Below, piece by piece: positions 37,338 through 47,556 of a DNA stretch of 64,000 nt. The DNA is from Pseudomonas sp. UBA4194. GTDB lineage: Bacteria; Pseudomonadota; Gammaproteobacteria; Pseudomonadales; Pseudomonadaceae. Within the stretch, counting starts at the first letter, position 1, and every line of letters starts with the position of its first letter. A model generated the notes under the pieces. That model was not told where the DNA came from and did not search any database. It saw only the letters and a list, made by a program, of their open reading frames with translations. The stretch spans positions 30,833-94,832 of the forward strand of contig NZ_DFUE01000030.1 of NCBI RefSeq assembly GCF_002379585.1. The letters are read 5' to 3'. The position numbers and the translations under genes are program-made.

Positions 37338-38858
37338 TCACCTTTCGCGGGCATTCAACCCCAATGAAAGCAATCGACCAATTTTTGCGCTGGCCTCCAG
37401 CATGCGCTGAGTGAGACCTGGCAGGTCGCGGTCATCTTTGCGGTATTGAGGGATGGTGGCTGAAATGGAGCCTTTGATCACGCCATCCACGAAAAACGGC
37501 ACAGCCAAACCAAAAGCCCCTGGTACGCGTTCGCCGCTGCCTGTCGCCCAACCGCGCTCGTGTATGCGCTTTAGCTCATCGGCCAGGGCGGCTCGGGAGG
37601 TGATAGTGGTATCGGTCAGTTTGACCAGATCGATGCACTTCACGGTCTCCGCGTCGCAGTAGGCGAGAACCGCCTTTCCCGCCGCGCCGGCGTAAAGAGG
37701 AACTTCAGTTCGCACGGCCAATTGATATTGGATTGGCCGCCAACCCTGTATCACTTCTACGAACTCGGCCCGCTTCGTGTTGGCATCATAGGAAAGGATA
37801 GCGATGGTTTCCCCTGTCTCCTGAACCAGATCCTGTACCGTCGACCGAGCCAGACAGACGATATTTTCGCAACGCCCAATCCTCGTCGCCCATTGATAGA
37901 GCTTGGGTCCAGGAAACAAAGTGCCCTCAACAGAATTTACGATTTCCGTGTACGCGCCCGACTCCATGAGTCGCTTTCCGGTCGCCATATTACAGAGCAG
38001 CTGATCGTTCAGATCCGAAGTTATCGGCAGGCCATCAGGTGAACTGCAGGCCAGCAAGAGGAGCCTTTCCAGGCGCGTCGTAGTGGATTTGTGGTCTTCT
38101 ATGACATTGCAAGAATAGCGCGGATTGGGCGCCCGCAAACTGGCTGCCACCTGCTTGGCCAGGGTATCAGTGAGCTCATTGACCTCGCGGTCGAGCTTCT
38201 CTGTAGGCGTAGCGGTTCGCCCATGTACCGAATGTAGCGAGACGGCAATCAACAGGCCATTTCCCAACACGGTAGTCGATACTGAAAACGGTTGTGGAAA
38301 CTCAACTTCCGACAGGTAAACCGACTTATCCGATACCGGGTCTTCGACCGCTGTGTCCCAATGTTCGGCGCAGTGCTTCTTGAAGGCTCGACCCAGGTCT
38401 CCGAAGCTCAGCGGGTACATCACGCCGAACTCAGGTCTGAACATCAAGGAGGATTTCGGCTGCTCGCAAGCGGCGACGAAATAGCCCTGGCTGCGAGGGC
38501 AGCTTATCGAGATAAGTGCAGTGGCATTGGATGTTTCGGCTAGTTGGCCGAGTGCTACAGCGCTTGACGCGAGCCATGAACCTGACCCGATCAGCGAGTG
38601 GGTTAGCACGCACAATCGTGGCCCAAGTTGATATTTCCCGGTGCCGACTTCCACAGCAAGTTCTCGCTCGACAAGAGCCAGCAGAATGCGATTGACGGTT
38701 GAGCGGCTCTCCCCGAGTTCGGATGCAAGTTCCCGCACACCCCAAGGCTCGGCACGGTTACGTCGAACGAGTGCGTCCAGTACCTCAATCAACCGTGTGT
38801 GCGTCGATGTCCGAGCGTCGGCCAGTACTGGAGGGGGAAGGGGGTCTACGTCTGCCAT
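37338..38858 (-). CDS. Double-length (tandem) IclR family regulator
   Basis: N-terminal IclR HTH (GVRELASELGESRSTVNRIL...YQLGP) and C-terminal IclR effector domain (PLYAGAAGKAVLAY, ELKRIHERGWA, GLAVP); about 506 aa. Confidence 0.82.
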   Translation of the reverse strand: MADVDPLPPPVLADARTSTHTRLIEVLDALVRRNRAEPWGVRELASELGESRSTVNRILLALVERELAVEVGTGKYQLGPRLCVLTHSLIGSGSWLASSAVALGQLAETSNATALISISCPRSQGYFVAACEQPKSSLMFRPEFGVMYPLSFGDLGRAFKKHCAEHWDTAVEDPVSDKSVYLSEVEFPQPFSVSTTVLGNGLLIAVSLHSVHGRTATPTEKLDREVNELTDTLAKQVAASLRAPNPRYSCNVIEDHKSTTTRLERLLLLACSSPDGLPITSDLNDQLLCNMATGKRLMESGAYTEIVNSVEGTLFPGPKLYQWATRIGRCENIVCLARSTVQDLVQETGETIAILSYDANTKRAEFVEVIQGWRPIQYQLAVRTEVPLYAGAAGKAVLAYCDAETVKCIDLVKLTDTTITSRAALADELKRIHERGWATGSGERVPGAFGLAVPFFVDGVIKGSISATIPQYRKDDRDLPGLTQRMLEASAKIGRLLSLGLNARER

Positions 38859-39024
38859 TTCGATTCGAACCGAATGTGGGCCCCTATTGTGACCGGATGC
38901 GCCACCGAACCGCAAATCGCGGCCCTGTTGACAACCCATGAAAGGTTATGGATGCTAGGAAAAACAAGAGTAGGACGATGTCCCATTTTTTGAAATGGCA
39001 TGGTCCAACAACCCCGGAGTGCCC

Positions 39025-40371
39025 ATGAACAATAACAACGCTGTAGCAGGCGCAACCGCCTTGCCGGTCGAGCAATCAGAGCAGGCCAGAAAAGCAAAGA
39101 AAGCCACGAGGGCGGCCGTATTCGGGACGTTTGTCGAGTACTACGACTTCAGCGTCTACGGTTACGTGGCGGCCACGCTGGCAATGGTTTTTTTTCCGTC
39201 GGATAACCCCACCACCGGCTTGCTCAATACCTTTCTGGTGTTTGGCTCCGCCTTCCTGGTCCGTCCGCTCGGCGCCATCGCCTTCGGCTGGCTAGGCGAT
39301 AGGGTTGGCCGGCGGACAAGCTTGATTGCCAGCATCACGTTGATGGGAGCTGCGGCAACACTGATCGGTCTGTTGCCTGGCTATGCCCAGATAGGTGTTT
39401 GGGCGCCCATTCTGCTGGTGGTGCTGCGCATGCTTCAGGGCTTCTCGGCAGGCGGGGAGATCGGCGGTGCCGCCAGTTATATCCGTGAGTGGGCACCTCC
39501 CCGTCGGCGTGCCTTGTACATCTCGTTTCTGCCCTCCATCGCACAGTTTGGCAAAGGCCTTGCAGCCGCGATCGCGGGCCTGGCTGCCGCGACATTGACC
39601 GATCCCCAGATGTTGGAATGGGGCTGGCGCATACCGTTTCTCCTGGCGTTGCCGTTGGGCATCATCGGCTTGTGGATGCGTCTGAGCATTGAAGACAGCC
39701 CAGAGTTCGAGTCGAAGAAACAGGACGCCAGCGCTAAAAGACAGCAACCTTTTTCAGACCTCATTCGCAATTATCTGCGGCCGTTGATCAAAGTGATGTT
39801 GATCGCTTTGGTGCAGAACGTAGGGACTTATATCGGTACCGTATTCATCGCAGCGTACTTCAGCTCCATCCTTGGTTATTCCAAGGGGCAGGCCTCCACT
39901 ATCGTGCTGATCGCCGTGATCCTCGCAGCGTTCCTGATCCCGGCGGCAGGCCAATTGGGCTCTTATCGCGGCGGTAGATCGCTGCTCAAGATGTCTTACG
40001 TGGCCTACGCCATCCTCTCGATCCCATCGTTCTGGCTGATGCAGCAAGGGTCGGTAAACCTCGCCTGTGCAGGTCTGGCGCTCGGCATGATTCCCTACGC
40101 CCTGTGCCAGGCCGGCACCTACTCCGTAATGCCCGAATTCTTCCCGACGGATGTGCGCCACACCGGGGTTGCATTTGGTCATAGCGTTGGCGCCGTCGTG
40201 GGTGGCGGTCTAGGGCCTTATCTGGCGACTTGGCTGATCGGTGCGACCGGTGACCAATTCACGCCTGCTGACATACTTTGTGTCGCCGGCATCATCGGCC
40301 TGATCGTCATATCGACTGTACGCAAAAACGCACCGACCTCAGACGACACCCATACACATCAATTCTCATAA
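39025..40371 (+). CDS. MFS metabolite:H+ symporter (ProP/ShiA-like)
   Basis: GTFVEYYDFSVYG, RPLGAIAFGWLGDRVGRR, QGFSAGGE, WGWRIPF, EFFPTDVR. Confidence 0.93.
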   Translation: MNNNNAVAGATALPVEQSEQARKAKKATRAAVFGTFVEYYDFSVYGYVAATLAMVFFPSDNPTTGLLNTFLVFGSAFLVRPLGAIAFGWLGDRVGRRTSLIASITLMGAAATLIGLLPGYAQIGVWAPILLVVLRMLQGFSAGGEIGGAASYIREWAPPRRRALYISFLPSIAQFGKGLAAAIAGLAAATLTDPQMLEWGWRIPFLLALPLGIIGLWMRLSIEDSPEFESKKQDASAKRQQPFSDLIRNYLRPLIKVMLIALVQNVGTYIGTVFIAAYFSSILGYSKGQASTIVLIAVILAAFLIPAAGQLGSYRGGRSLLKMSYVAYAILSIPSFWLMQQGSVNLACAGLALGMIPYALCQAGTYSVMPEFFPTDVRHTGVAFGHSVGAVVGGGLGPYLATWLIGATGDQFTPADILCVAGIIGLIVISTVRKNAPTSDDTHTHQFS

Positions 40372-40381
40372 GGTGACGGTC

Positions 40382-41356
40382 ATGCCGCTTATCTACGTTA
40401 CAAGTGCGATCCACGAAGATGTCTTGAAAGCGCTTTCCCACTTGGGCGATGTTCGTTTGGGATACGGGTCGAACGCCGTTCCCTACCAGGAAATCCAGAA
40501 CCAGGTAGACGCCGTATTTCTCCGTGGGGGACACCTGTCCGCAGAGATGATTGCCGCTTCGCCAAAGCTGCGAATCGTCGCTCGACACGGTGCAGGCTAC
40601 GACAACGTCGACTTCAGGGCAGCAGAGGAGCTTGGTGTGTGGGTGACCAATACACCGGGGGAAAACAGAAGAAGCGTTGTGGAGCACGTGTTCGCGTTGC
40701 TACTGGCCATCAGTCGCAAGATTCTGCTCACGTCCGATCAGACCCGCAACAGCATTTGGGCCGCCGACAGGCTTTCTCTGACCGGTATAGAACTGCAGGG
40801 CAGGACACTGGGTCTTGTCGGTTTCGGTGATATCGGCCGCCACGTGGCGCCTGTGGCCGAGGCATTTGGAATGACGGTTATCGCCACGGACCCCGCCTAT
40901 GATTCCAGTGATGACGAGCGCATTGTCGATCTCGATACGCTCCTGGCCAACTCGGATGTGCTCAGTCTGCATGTGCCTCTTTTGTCCAGCACTCGCAACC
41001 TTATCGGCAAGCAGGAAATTGCAAAGATGAAGGAGGGCGCGATCCTGATCAACACCAGCCGGGGCGGGGTGATGGACGAATCCGCAGTTGCCGAGGCGCT
41101 GAAGTCCGGTCAACTTGGCGGGGCCGGGATTGATGTGCTGGATGCCGAAAACCACGACATGATTTCCCCGTTCAAGCACAACACCTTCCCCGTCGCCGAT
41201 CTGCCGAACTTGATTGTGACCCCCCATGTAGCGGGGCAAACGAACGAGTCGTTACTGCGCGTTGGCATGAGCGCCGTTCGCGCCATTGCGGCAGTGCTGT
41301 CAGGGGCTGCACCTGATCACCCAGTCAACAGGCCCATCCCGAAAGCCGTCCATTGA
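40382..41356 (+). CDS. D-isomer-specific 2-hydroxyacid dehydrogenase (SerA-like)
   Basis: RHGAGYDNVD, GLVGFGDIG, LHVPL, INTSRGG, GAGIDV, TPHVAG; start may be GTG 40373. Confidence 0.92.
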   Translation: MPLIYVTSAIHEDVLKALSHLGDVRLGYGSNAVPYQEIQNQVDAVFLRGGHLSAEMIAASPKLRIVARHGAGYDNVDFRAAEELGVWVTNTPGENRRSVVEHVFALLLAISRKILLTSDQTRNSIWAADRLSLTGIELQGRTLGLVGFGDIGRHVAPVAEAFGMTVIATDPAYDSSDDERIVDLDTLLANSDVLSLHVPLLSSTRNLIGKQEIAKMKEGAILINTSRGGVMDESAVAEALKSGQLGGAGIDVLDAENHDMISPFKHNTFPVADLPNLIVTPHVAGQTNESLLRVGMSAVRAIAAVLSGAAPDHPVNRPIPKAVH

Positions 41357-41390
41357 GTCGCTTCATTTATTGATAGGTATCGAGGTCATC

Positions 41391-42029
41391 ATGTTTATCA
41401 GCGTATCCGATGAAAGCATTGTCGTGAGCGACAACTGGGAACGTGCCCCCCTGCACTTGATCGAGGAGATTTCGAACTATCCAGTCGCGCTCATTGGCGA
41501 TGTGCTCCAACGAATGGGCATGATGGCATCGTCCATCCGCCATGTGGCTGGCAAGACGTCGTTCTTTGGCACGGTGCTTCCACTTCTGACAAGAGAGGGC
41601 GATAACCTGGCGATCCATAGAGCTTTGGATGACGCTCAGCCCGGGGACGTCCTGGTCATCAACGGCAATGGGGAAACCAATCGTGCCGTATTCGGCGACC
41701 TGTTAGGCGAAGTCTGTCTGGCGCGTAAAGTCGCTGCTGTTGTTATCGATGGAGCTGTCCGGGACGTCGAGGAGCTCGACATCATGGGTCTGCCCATCTA
41801 TGCCCGTGCGGTCAACCCAGCCGGCCCGTCCAAGTACGGTCCAGGTCAAGTCGGTGCGCCTGTGGCCTGCGGCCACGTCGTCTGCTATGCGGGTGACGCG
41901 ATCCTGGGTGATCGCGACGGCATTGTGGTTATCCGCCGTGACATCCTCCCAACGTTGGCCAAGAAGCTGAAGTTGCAGGATGACATCGAGAACGATTTTC
42001 GTGAGCGGGTGCGGGCGACTGCTTTGTAA
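41391..42029 (+). CDS. RraA family protein (HMG/CHA aldolase-like)
   Basis: GDNLAIHRALD..QPGDVLVI, AVFGDLL, VIDGAVRD, GDAILGDRDGIVV. Confidence 0.9.
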   Translation: MFISVSDESIVVSDNWERAPLHLIEEISNYPVALIGDVLQRMGMMASSIRHVAGKTSFFGTVLPLLTREGDNLAIHRALDDAQPGDVLVINGNGETNRAVFGDLLGEVCLARKVAAVVIDGAVRDVEELDIMGLPIYARAVNPAGPSKYGPGQVGAPVACGHVVCYAGDAILGDRDGIVVIRRDILPTLAKKLKLQDDIENDFRERVRATAL

Positions 42030-42059
42030 TATTTATGGGGAATCTGGTGCGGCCGCCGG

Positions 42060-42090
42060 AGCACCAGCGCCACAGAGCAGGCTGGTGCTC
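42060..42090. terminator. GC-rich hairpin between convergent genes (possible terminator)
   Basis: GAGCACCAGC...GCTGGTGCTC 10-bp inverted repeat; no clear U tract. Confidence 0.4.
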
Positions 42091-42150
42091 GGCAAGGTCG
42101 GACTGCCTATCAGGGATGCATATCTCTGAATTCCCGGCGCCGAACCTGCT

Positions 42151-43515
42151 TCAGCGCGAAATACTGGATCTGGTACTTCTGCTTTGTTTGCTGCAGGCAA
42201 ACCACATCAGTGCACCGACCAGCAGTGACCCCAATTGCAAAGCGCACGCGTACCAAAGTAATTGCGGGATAGGGGTAAGTCGACTTGTTTGCCCCTGGCT
42301 TAGCGCAATCCCTACCATCACCGCCCCAAGTGCCTGGCCAATGAGTCGCGCAGCACTGAGCAGCGCGGCCGTGCGTGCAGAATGTTGCGCGATGGCATTG
42401 GTGAGGATTTCCCGGTTGTTAGGAGACTGAAACAAGCCAAAGCCGATCCCGCACAGGGCGGTGCGCCATATGATGTCAATGGGTTGGGCGTTGGCAGGAA
42501 GGCTGGCAAGCGCTGCCAGGCCCAAGGCCAATATTGAGATACCTGCACAGGCCACAGCGCGAGGACTCCCTCGGTCTGCCCATTTGCCGGCGCATGGCCC
42601 GATGAGGGCTGTCGCAAGTGGCCACGCGACGAACAATCCCGCTGCGGCCATCGGGCTGAATCCCAGTTCTTGCTGGAATGCCAGTGGGAGGGCGATGAAG
42701 GCGCAGCTTTGCCCGATAAAAGCGATGACCGACGCCATAAGGGCGTAGTCCAAGCGCAGATTGGAGAACAGGCTCAGGGGCAATATCGGTGAATGGGTCC
42801 GATGCTGATGCCAGATGAAAATACTGGCCAATAACAGTCCGGGGACGCCTAGCCAAGTGCTTTCGGGACTCAAATACCATTTCAGTAGCACGCTCGCGGT
42901 GCCGATGAGCAGCAAGGCACCCACCCCGTCGAAGCGACTGCCGATGGACCGCTTTTCTGGTAGATACACCCAGCCGAGCCACAGCGCAGACAGAGCAAGA
43001 AGCGGACTCAGGGCAAACAGCCAGCGCCATGAAAGGAACGTCAGAATCAACCCGCTGATGGCTGGGCCCGTTGTCGTCGCCACGGCAACGAACAGAGCAT
43101 TGAAGCCCAGTGCCGACCCCAACAGCTTTGCCGGGAAAATTTCTCGTAGCAGCACTAGCGAGCTGCACATGATGGCGGCACTGGCGCAGCCCTGAATTGC
43201 ACGCAGAACAATCATCTCCCAGAGTTCGCTACTGAGGGCGCAGCCGGTAGCAGTCAGGGCAAACGTCAGCAAACCGGCGTAAAAGACTCGGCGATGGCCA
43301 AGTACGTCCCCCACAGCAGCGCAGGGCAGAATGGCAATTGAACAAGCCAGCAGGTTTGCTTTGCTCAGCCACAACACATCGCCGATACCCAGCCCAAGGC
43401 TATCGGCGATGGTCGGCAGGGCCAGGTTGATGGCGCTCATGTCCAGAACGGCAATGACCGTAGCCAGTATCAGTGCCGAAAAAGCCCAGCGCCGTTGACT
43501 TCGATCAAGGCTCAA
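42151..43515 (-). CDS. MFS transporter (DHA2-like efflux)
   Basis: VLDMSAINLALPTIA, LRAIQG, GPAISG, SWRWLF, GFGLFQSPNN; TTG start overlapping the GntR stop. Confidence 0.88.
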   Translation of the reverse strand: MSLDRSQRRWAFSALILATVIAVLDMSAINLALPTIADSLGLGIGDVLWLSKANLLACSIAILPCAAVGDVLGHRRVFYAGLLTFALTATGCALSSELWEMIVLRAIQGCASAAIMCSSLVLLREIFPAKLLGSALGFNALFVAVATTTGPAISGLILTFLSWRWLFALSPLLALSALWLGWVYLPEKRSIGSRFDGVGALLLIGTASVLLKWYLSPESTWLGVPGLLLASIFIWHQHRTHSPILPLSLFSNLRLDYALMASVIAFIGQSCAFIALPLAFQQELGFSPMAAAGLFVAWPLATALIGPCAGKWADRGSPRAVACAGISILALGLAALASLPANAQPIDIIWRTALCGIGFGLFQSPNNREILTNAIAQHSARTAALLSAARLIGQALGAVMVGIALSQGQTSRLTPIPQLLWYACALQLGSLLVGALMWFACSKQSRSTRSSISR

Positions 43516-44201
43516 CGTGCGAGCCAGATGTCTGCACCACGCTCGATCAAGCCCTTGGCGGTCTGTAGGAAGTGGGCACCGATAAGCTCGATCGTGAGTT
43601 CGATATCACGACGGGTCACGGCATCGAGCAGGTGCCTATGCTCGTCGTCGAGATCGCGCTCATCATGATGAATCATGGACGCAGCGATCAGGCGATAGCG
43701 TTCGCCCTGAACGTGCAGTTGTCCGCGTAGCTTGAGCAGCCAAGGGCTGTCACAGGCAGAAATGATGGTGTCATGAAAATGATTGTGCGCGCTGTACCAG
43801 GCCGTTGAGGGTAGGGCCTGGCGATGACCGTCACGGGCGGGCGTGTGCATCAGGCGATGATAGGCACCGACCACGGCAGACTCCCATTCAACGTCACCGA
43901 GCGTTAGCGAACGTCGAATGCACAGCCCTTCGATGTCGATGCGTACATGGGTCAGGTCGAGCAGTTCGGACGCAGACATCGGCGCCACTCTGAAACCACG
44001 TTGGGGTGTAGCGACTACCAGATTCTCGGCACTCAGCCGCGTCAGGGCCTCGCGTACCACGCCAGTACTGACGTGCATTTCATCGCTCATCAGACTGATT
44101 TTCAGCTTTTCACCCGGTTTCAGCTGACCTGTCACCAGTCTCACACGCAGGTGTTGATACACGGTTTCGATGACCCCGAGAGGGGATTTGGTAATGGTCA
44201 T
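43512..44201 (-). CDS. GntR family regulator (FCD domain)
   Basis: GQLKPGEKL...VSTGVVREALTRL...PQRGFRV; HNHFH, DEHRHL. Confidence 0.9.
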   Translation of the reverse strand: MTITKSPLGVIETVYQHLRVRLVTGQLKPGEKLKISLMSDEMHVSTGVVREALTRLSAENLVVATPQRGFRVAPMSASELLDLTHVRIDIEGLCIRRSLTLGDVEWESAVVGAYHRLMHTPARDGHRQALPSTAWYSAHNHFHDTIISACDSPWLLKLRGQLHVQGERYRLIAASMIHHDERDLDDEHRHLLDAVTRRDIELTIELIGAHFLQTAKGLIERGADIWLAR

Positions 44202-44450
44202 GCTCAGCTGTCCGTGTCTGGTTCGCCGCGATGGGCCGCCTTGAAGAGCGGTGTATTGCCGCACATTTTGCCTCAAAGCCCCAACGCAGGCTCCTGCAAA
44301 AAAAGCATATGCTCAGAATAAATTAACATTTCATAAAAAAATTAATTTTATCTAGAGTCTCCTCCTGCCGCTTATGGCACGAGACCTAATTGGCTAATTC
44401 GACAACGGAACGCTCAGGTCAACTACCCACCAGGAAGTTGGAGTTATCCG

Positions 44451-45782
44451 TTGAGCAAGTATTTACCTGCGGCGATTTTTTCCGGAGCCGCCGTCATGGG
44501 TGTCAATGCACCGCTTCATGCTGCCGGTTTTCTGGCTGACAGCAAAGCTACGCTAGAGCTGCGTAACTTCTACATCGACCGCGACAACCGTAGCGGGGCA
44601 GCCGCACCCTCGCGGCAATCCGAATGGGGACAAGGCTTCATTCTCGATTACCGGTCAGGGTTCACCGAGGGGACCATCGGTTTTGGTATCGATGCATTGG
44701 GCCTGTTGGGTGTTCATCTGGATTCAGGCAAAGGTACCCACTACAACCCCACCAGCAGCAACCGAGGCGGTCAGGTATTTCCTACGGGCGATGACGGTCG
44801 AGCGGTAAACGAATTTTCCAGCCTGGGACCCACTGTCAAGGCGCGTGTCAGTCGCACCGAGCTCAGGCTGGGGACACTTCGCCCTACGCTGCCGGTGGTG
44901 ACCTACAACGATGGCCGCATGCTGCCGCAAACTTATGAAGGCGGGCAGATAACCTCTCGTGAGATAGATAAGCTCACATTGACGGCGGGCAAGCTCACCC
45001 AAGCCAAAGGGCGAAACTCTACCGACAATCAGGGTCTTTCGATCCTGGGCGCCAACAACGCCCGCACCGGCCAGTTCGTGAACAGTTTCCTGTTCGCCGG
45101 CGCCGATTACGCTGTCTCCAAAGATCTCACGGCCCAGTATTACTACGGAAAACTGGAGGATTTCTACGTCCAGCATTTCGTTGGCCTGACCCATCGCGCC
45201 CAGCTGCCAGTGGGAGCGCTGAAGACCGATATCCGGGGGTTCATCAGCGACTCTACAGGCAAGAATGCGAGCCAGGCCGGACGGTCGCAGGGCTACGTCA
45301 GTAACGGCTATGGCAACTCTGGCGAAGTGGACAATCGGGCCTGGAGCGCCGTGTTCACCTATTCGCTGGCGGGACATTCGCTGGGGCTGGGTTATCAGCG
45401 CCTGACGGGAAGCAGCGATACGCCATTCATGACCATGGGTGATGGCGTCCGCGCCTATCTCACCACCGACCGCAGCCTCAATACCTTTCAGCATGCTGGC
45501 GAGCGGACTTTGATTGCGACCTATGGCTACGACTTTGCCAGCGCCGGATTGCCGGGGTTGAAACTGTCGGCCGACTACCTCAAAGGCACCGACATTGCCA
45601 CCGCCTCGGGAGCCGCCCACGAGTGGTATCGCGGCACCTCACTCGAGTACACGGTGCAAACGGGTTCGTTCAAAGGGGTCAATCTGATCTGGCGCAATGG
45701 TTCGTTCCGCTCGGCGTTGAGCGGTACCCGGGACGTTGACGAAAGTCGGGTGATCGTCAGCTACACCCTGGCCCTGCTCTGA
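44451..45782 (+). CDS. OprD family outer membrane porin
   Basis: GFLADSKATLELRNFY, EWGQGF..DYRSGFTEG, NDGRMLPQT, RVIVSYT. Confidence 0.92.
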   Translation: MSKYLPAAIFSGAAVMGVNAPLHAAGFLADSKATLELRNFYIDRDNRSGAAAPSRQSEWGQGFILDYRSGFTEGTIGFGIDALGLLGVHLDSGKGTHYNPTSSNRGGQVFPTGDDGRAVNEFSSLGPTVKARVSRTELRLGTLRPTLPVVTYNDGRMLPQTYEGGQITSREIDKLTLTAGKLTQAKGRNSTDNQGLSILGANNARTGQFVNSFLFAGADYAVSKDLTAQYYYGKLEDFYVQHFVGLTHRAQLPVGALKTDIRGFISDSTGKNASQAGRSQGYVSNGYGNSGEVDNRAWSAVFTYSLAGHSLGLGYQRLTGSSDTPFMTMGDGVRAYLTTDRSLNTFQHAGERTLIATYGYDFASAGLPGLKLSADYLKGTDIATASGAAHEWYRGTSLEYTVQTGSFKGVNLIWRNGSFRSALSGTRDVDESRVIVSYTLALL

Positions 45783-45823
45783 CCGTCTCAGCCCTTATCA
45801 CCCGCCTTCAGCGAGAGCTCCCG

Positions 45824-47554
45824 ATGTCAATCACCAAACCCGTCGCATTGCGGCAAACATCATCCCGTCAGACACGATACCTGACGCTCGAGGGTGTGCT
45901 GTATGGCGTGTTGCTGGTGGGTTTCCTGGCGCTGACGCTACTGCCTTTGCTGGCCGTGATACAGGGCAGTTTCGAAAGCCAGATCGAGGGAACGCAGGGC
46001 TTCACACTGCAAGGTTGGCAGGCGCTTTTCAATGAGCCGAGAATCCTGACTGCACTGGGCAATACGCTGGGCCTGACGCTGACCAGCCAGCTGATTGCCA
46101 TGCCGGTCAGCATCGGCCTGGCCTGGCTATTGGGTCGTACCGACTTGCCAGGTCGCGGCTGGCTGGAGTTCGCATTCTGGGTATCGTTCTTTCTGCCGGC
46201 GCTAGCCGTGGTGCAGGGCTGGACGCTGCTGCTGGACCCTAATAACGGGCTGCTCAATCGCTGGCTGATGCAGGCTTTCGGTCTGAGCCAGGCGCCGCTG
46301 GATATCTACAGCTGGGGCGGGATCGTATTCGCCCATCTGGCGACCACCACTGTTTCGGCCAAGGTCATGATGCTCACGCCCGCATTCAAAAGCATGGATG
46401 CGCGCTATGAAGAAGCCGCACTCGTGGCTGGCGACAGCCGCTTCAAAGCGCTGTGCAGAGTGACCTTGCCACTTCTGAAACCGGCGCTGATCGTCACGGC
46501 AATCATGGGTGTGATACGTGGCCTGGAATCGTTTGAAATCGAACTGGTGCTGGGTGCTCCCAAGCGTATTGATGTCTACAGCACCCTGATCTACGACATG
46601 ACTCGCTACGACCCGATCAATTTCGCCAGCGCCTTTGCCTTGGGCATTCTGATCGTCGCGATCATGGGGCTACTGGCTATCGCTTCACGCAGAAGCACTC
46701 GCCAAGGTCATCACGTGACCGTCTCCGGCCAGGCCAAGACCGCGGTCATGAACCTGGGTAGATGGCGCTGGCCGCTCGGCCTGCTGGTGGGGCTGTTCGC
46801 GTTGTTGCTGACCGTGGTGCCGCTGGCGTTTCTGGTCACCAGCAGCCTGATGCGCCGATTCGGGTTTTTCAACCTGGATGAGGTCTGGACGCTTGAGCAT
46901 TGGCGAAGTGTGGTGGGTGACCCGAGCTTCACGGATTCGGTCATCAATACCCTCACCATCGCTTCGGGTAGCGCGGCCTTCGCGGCAACCCTGAGCCTGG
47001 TGGTGGCCTACACCATCGTGCGTTCCCGGCGTGCCGGGCGGGCCCTGCTTGAGTTCGCCGCCTGGATTCCGTTCAGCATTCCCGGCGTACTGGCCTCCCT
47101 GGCGATGCTCTGGCTGATTCTGCACAGCGGCATTGACTGGCTATACGGCTCCACCCTCAGCCTGGTGATTACCGTTGGCCTGGCGTCGGTCACCTTGGGC
47201 GTGCAGTTGATTCGCAGCCAATTGTTGCAGATCAATCGCGAGCTCGAAGAGGCCGCGTGGGTCAGTGGCGCACCGCCCTGGAAATCCGTGCTGACCATCG
47301 TCATTCCGCTGTGTGCCCGTTCCATCGTAGTGGTTGCGGTGATGGCGTTCGTCACGGCTGCGCGGGACATCAGCCACCTGGCACTGCTGGTCAGCAGTGA
47401 CAACCGACCGCTGTCGATGCTGCAACTGGAATACATCGCCGAGGGCCGTAACGAGGCCTCTGCAGTGATTGGCGTGATCATCGCGCTGATCGCCATCTGC
47501 GCCGCACTCATCGCTCGCCGCCTGGGCTATCGCCCCGAAACCAGACAGGTCTGA
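45824..47554 (+). CDS. ABC transporter permease (FbpB/Fe3+-type, double domain)
   Basis: RTDLPGR, YEEAALVAG, LEEAAWVSGA; two permease repeats. Confidence 0.88.
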   Translation: MSITKPVALRQTSSRQTRYLTLEGVLYGVLLVGFLALTLLPLLAVIQGSFESQIEGTQGFTLQGWQALFNEPRILTALGNTLGLTLTSQLIAMPVSIGLAWLLGRTDLPGRGWLEFAFWVSFFLPALAVVQGWTLLLDPNNGLLNRWLMQAFGLSQAPLDIYSWGGIVFAHLATTTVSAKVMMLTPAFKSMDARYEEAALVAGDSRFKALCRVTLPLLKPALIVTAIMGVIRGLESFEIELVLGAPKRIDVYSTLIYDMTRYDPINFASAFALGILIVAIMGLLAIASRRSTRQGHHVTVSGQAKTAVMNLGRWRWPLGLLVGLFALLLTVVPLAFLVTSSLMRRFGFFNLDEVWTLEHWRSVVGDPSFTDSVINTLTIASGSAAFAATLSLVVAYTIVRSRRAGRALLEFAAWIPFSIPGVLASLAMLWLILHSGIDWLYGSTLSLVITVGLASVTLGVQLIRSQLLQINRELEEAAWVSGAPPWKSVLTIVIPLCARSIVVVAVMAFVTAARDISHLALLVSSDNRPLSMLQLEYIAEGRNEASAVIGVIIALIAICAALIARRLGYRPETRQV

Positions 47555-47556
47555 TC

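Noticed and set aside
44375..44392. TGGCAC as a possible sigma54 -24 box before the porin operon (also near 29852 and 32143)
   Set aside because: No TTGC at the required -12 spacing
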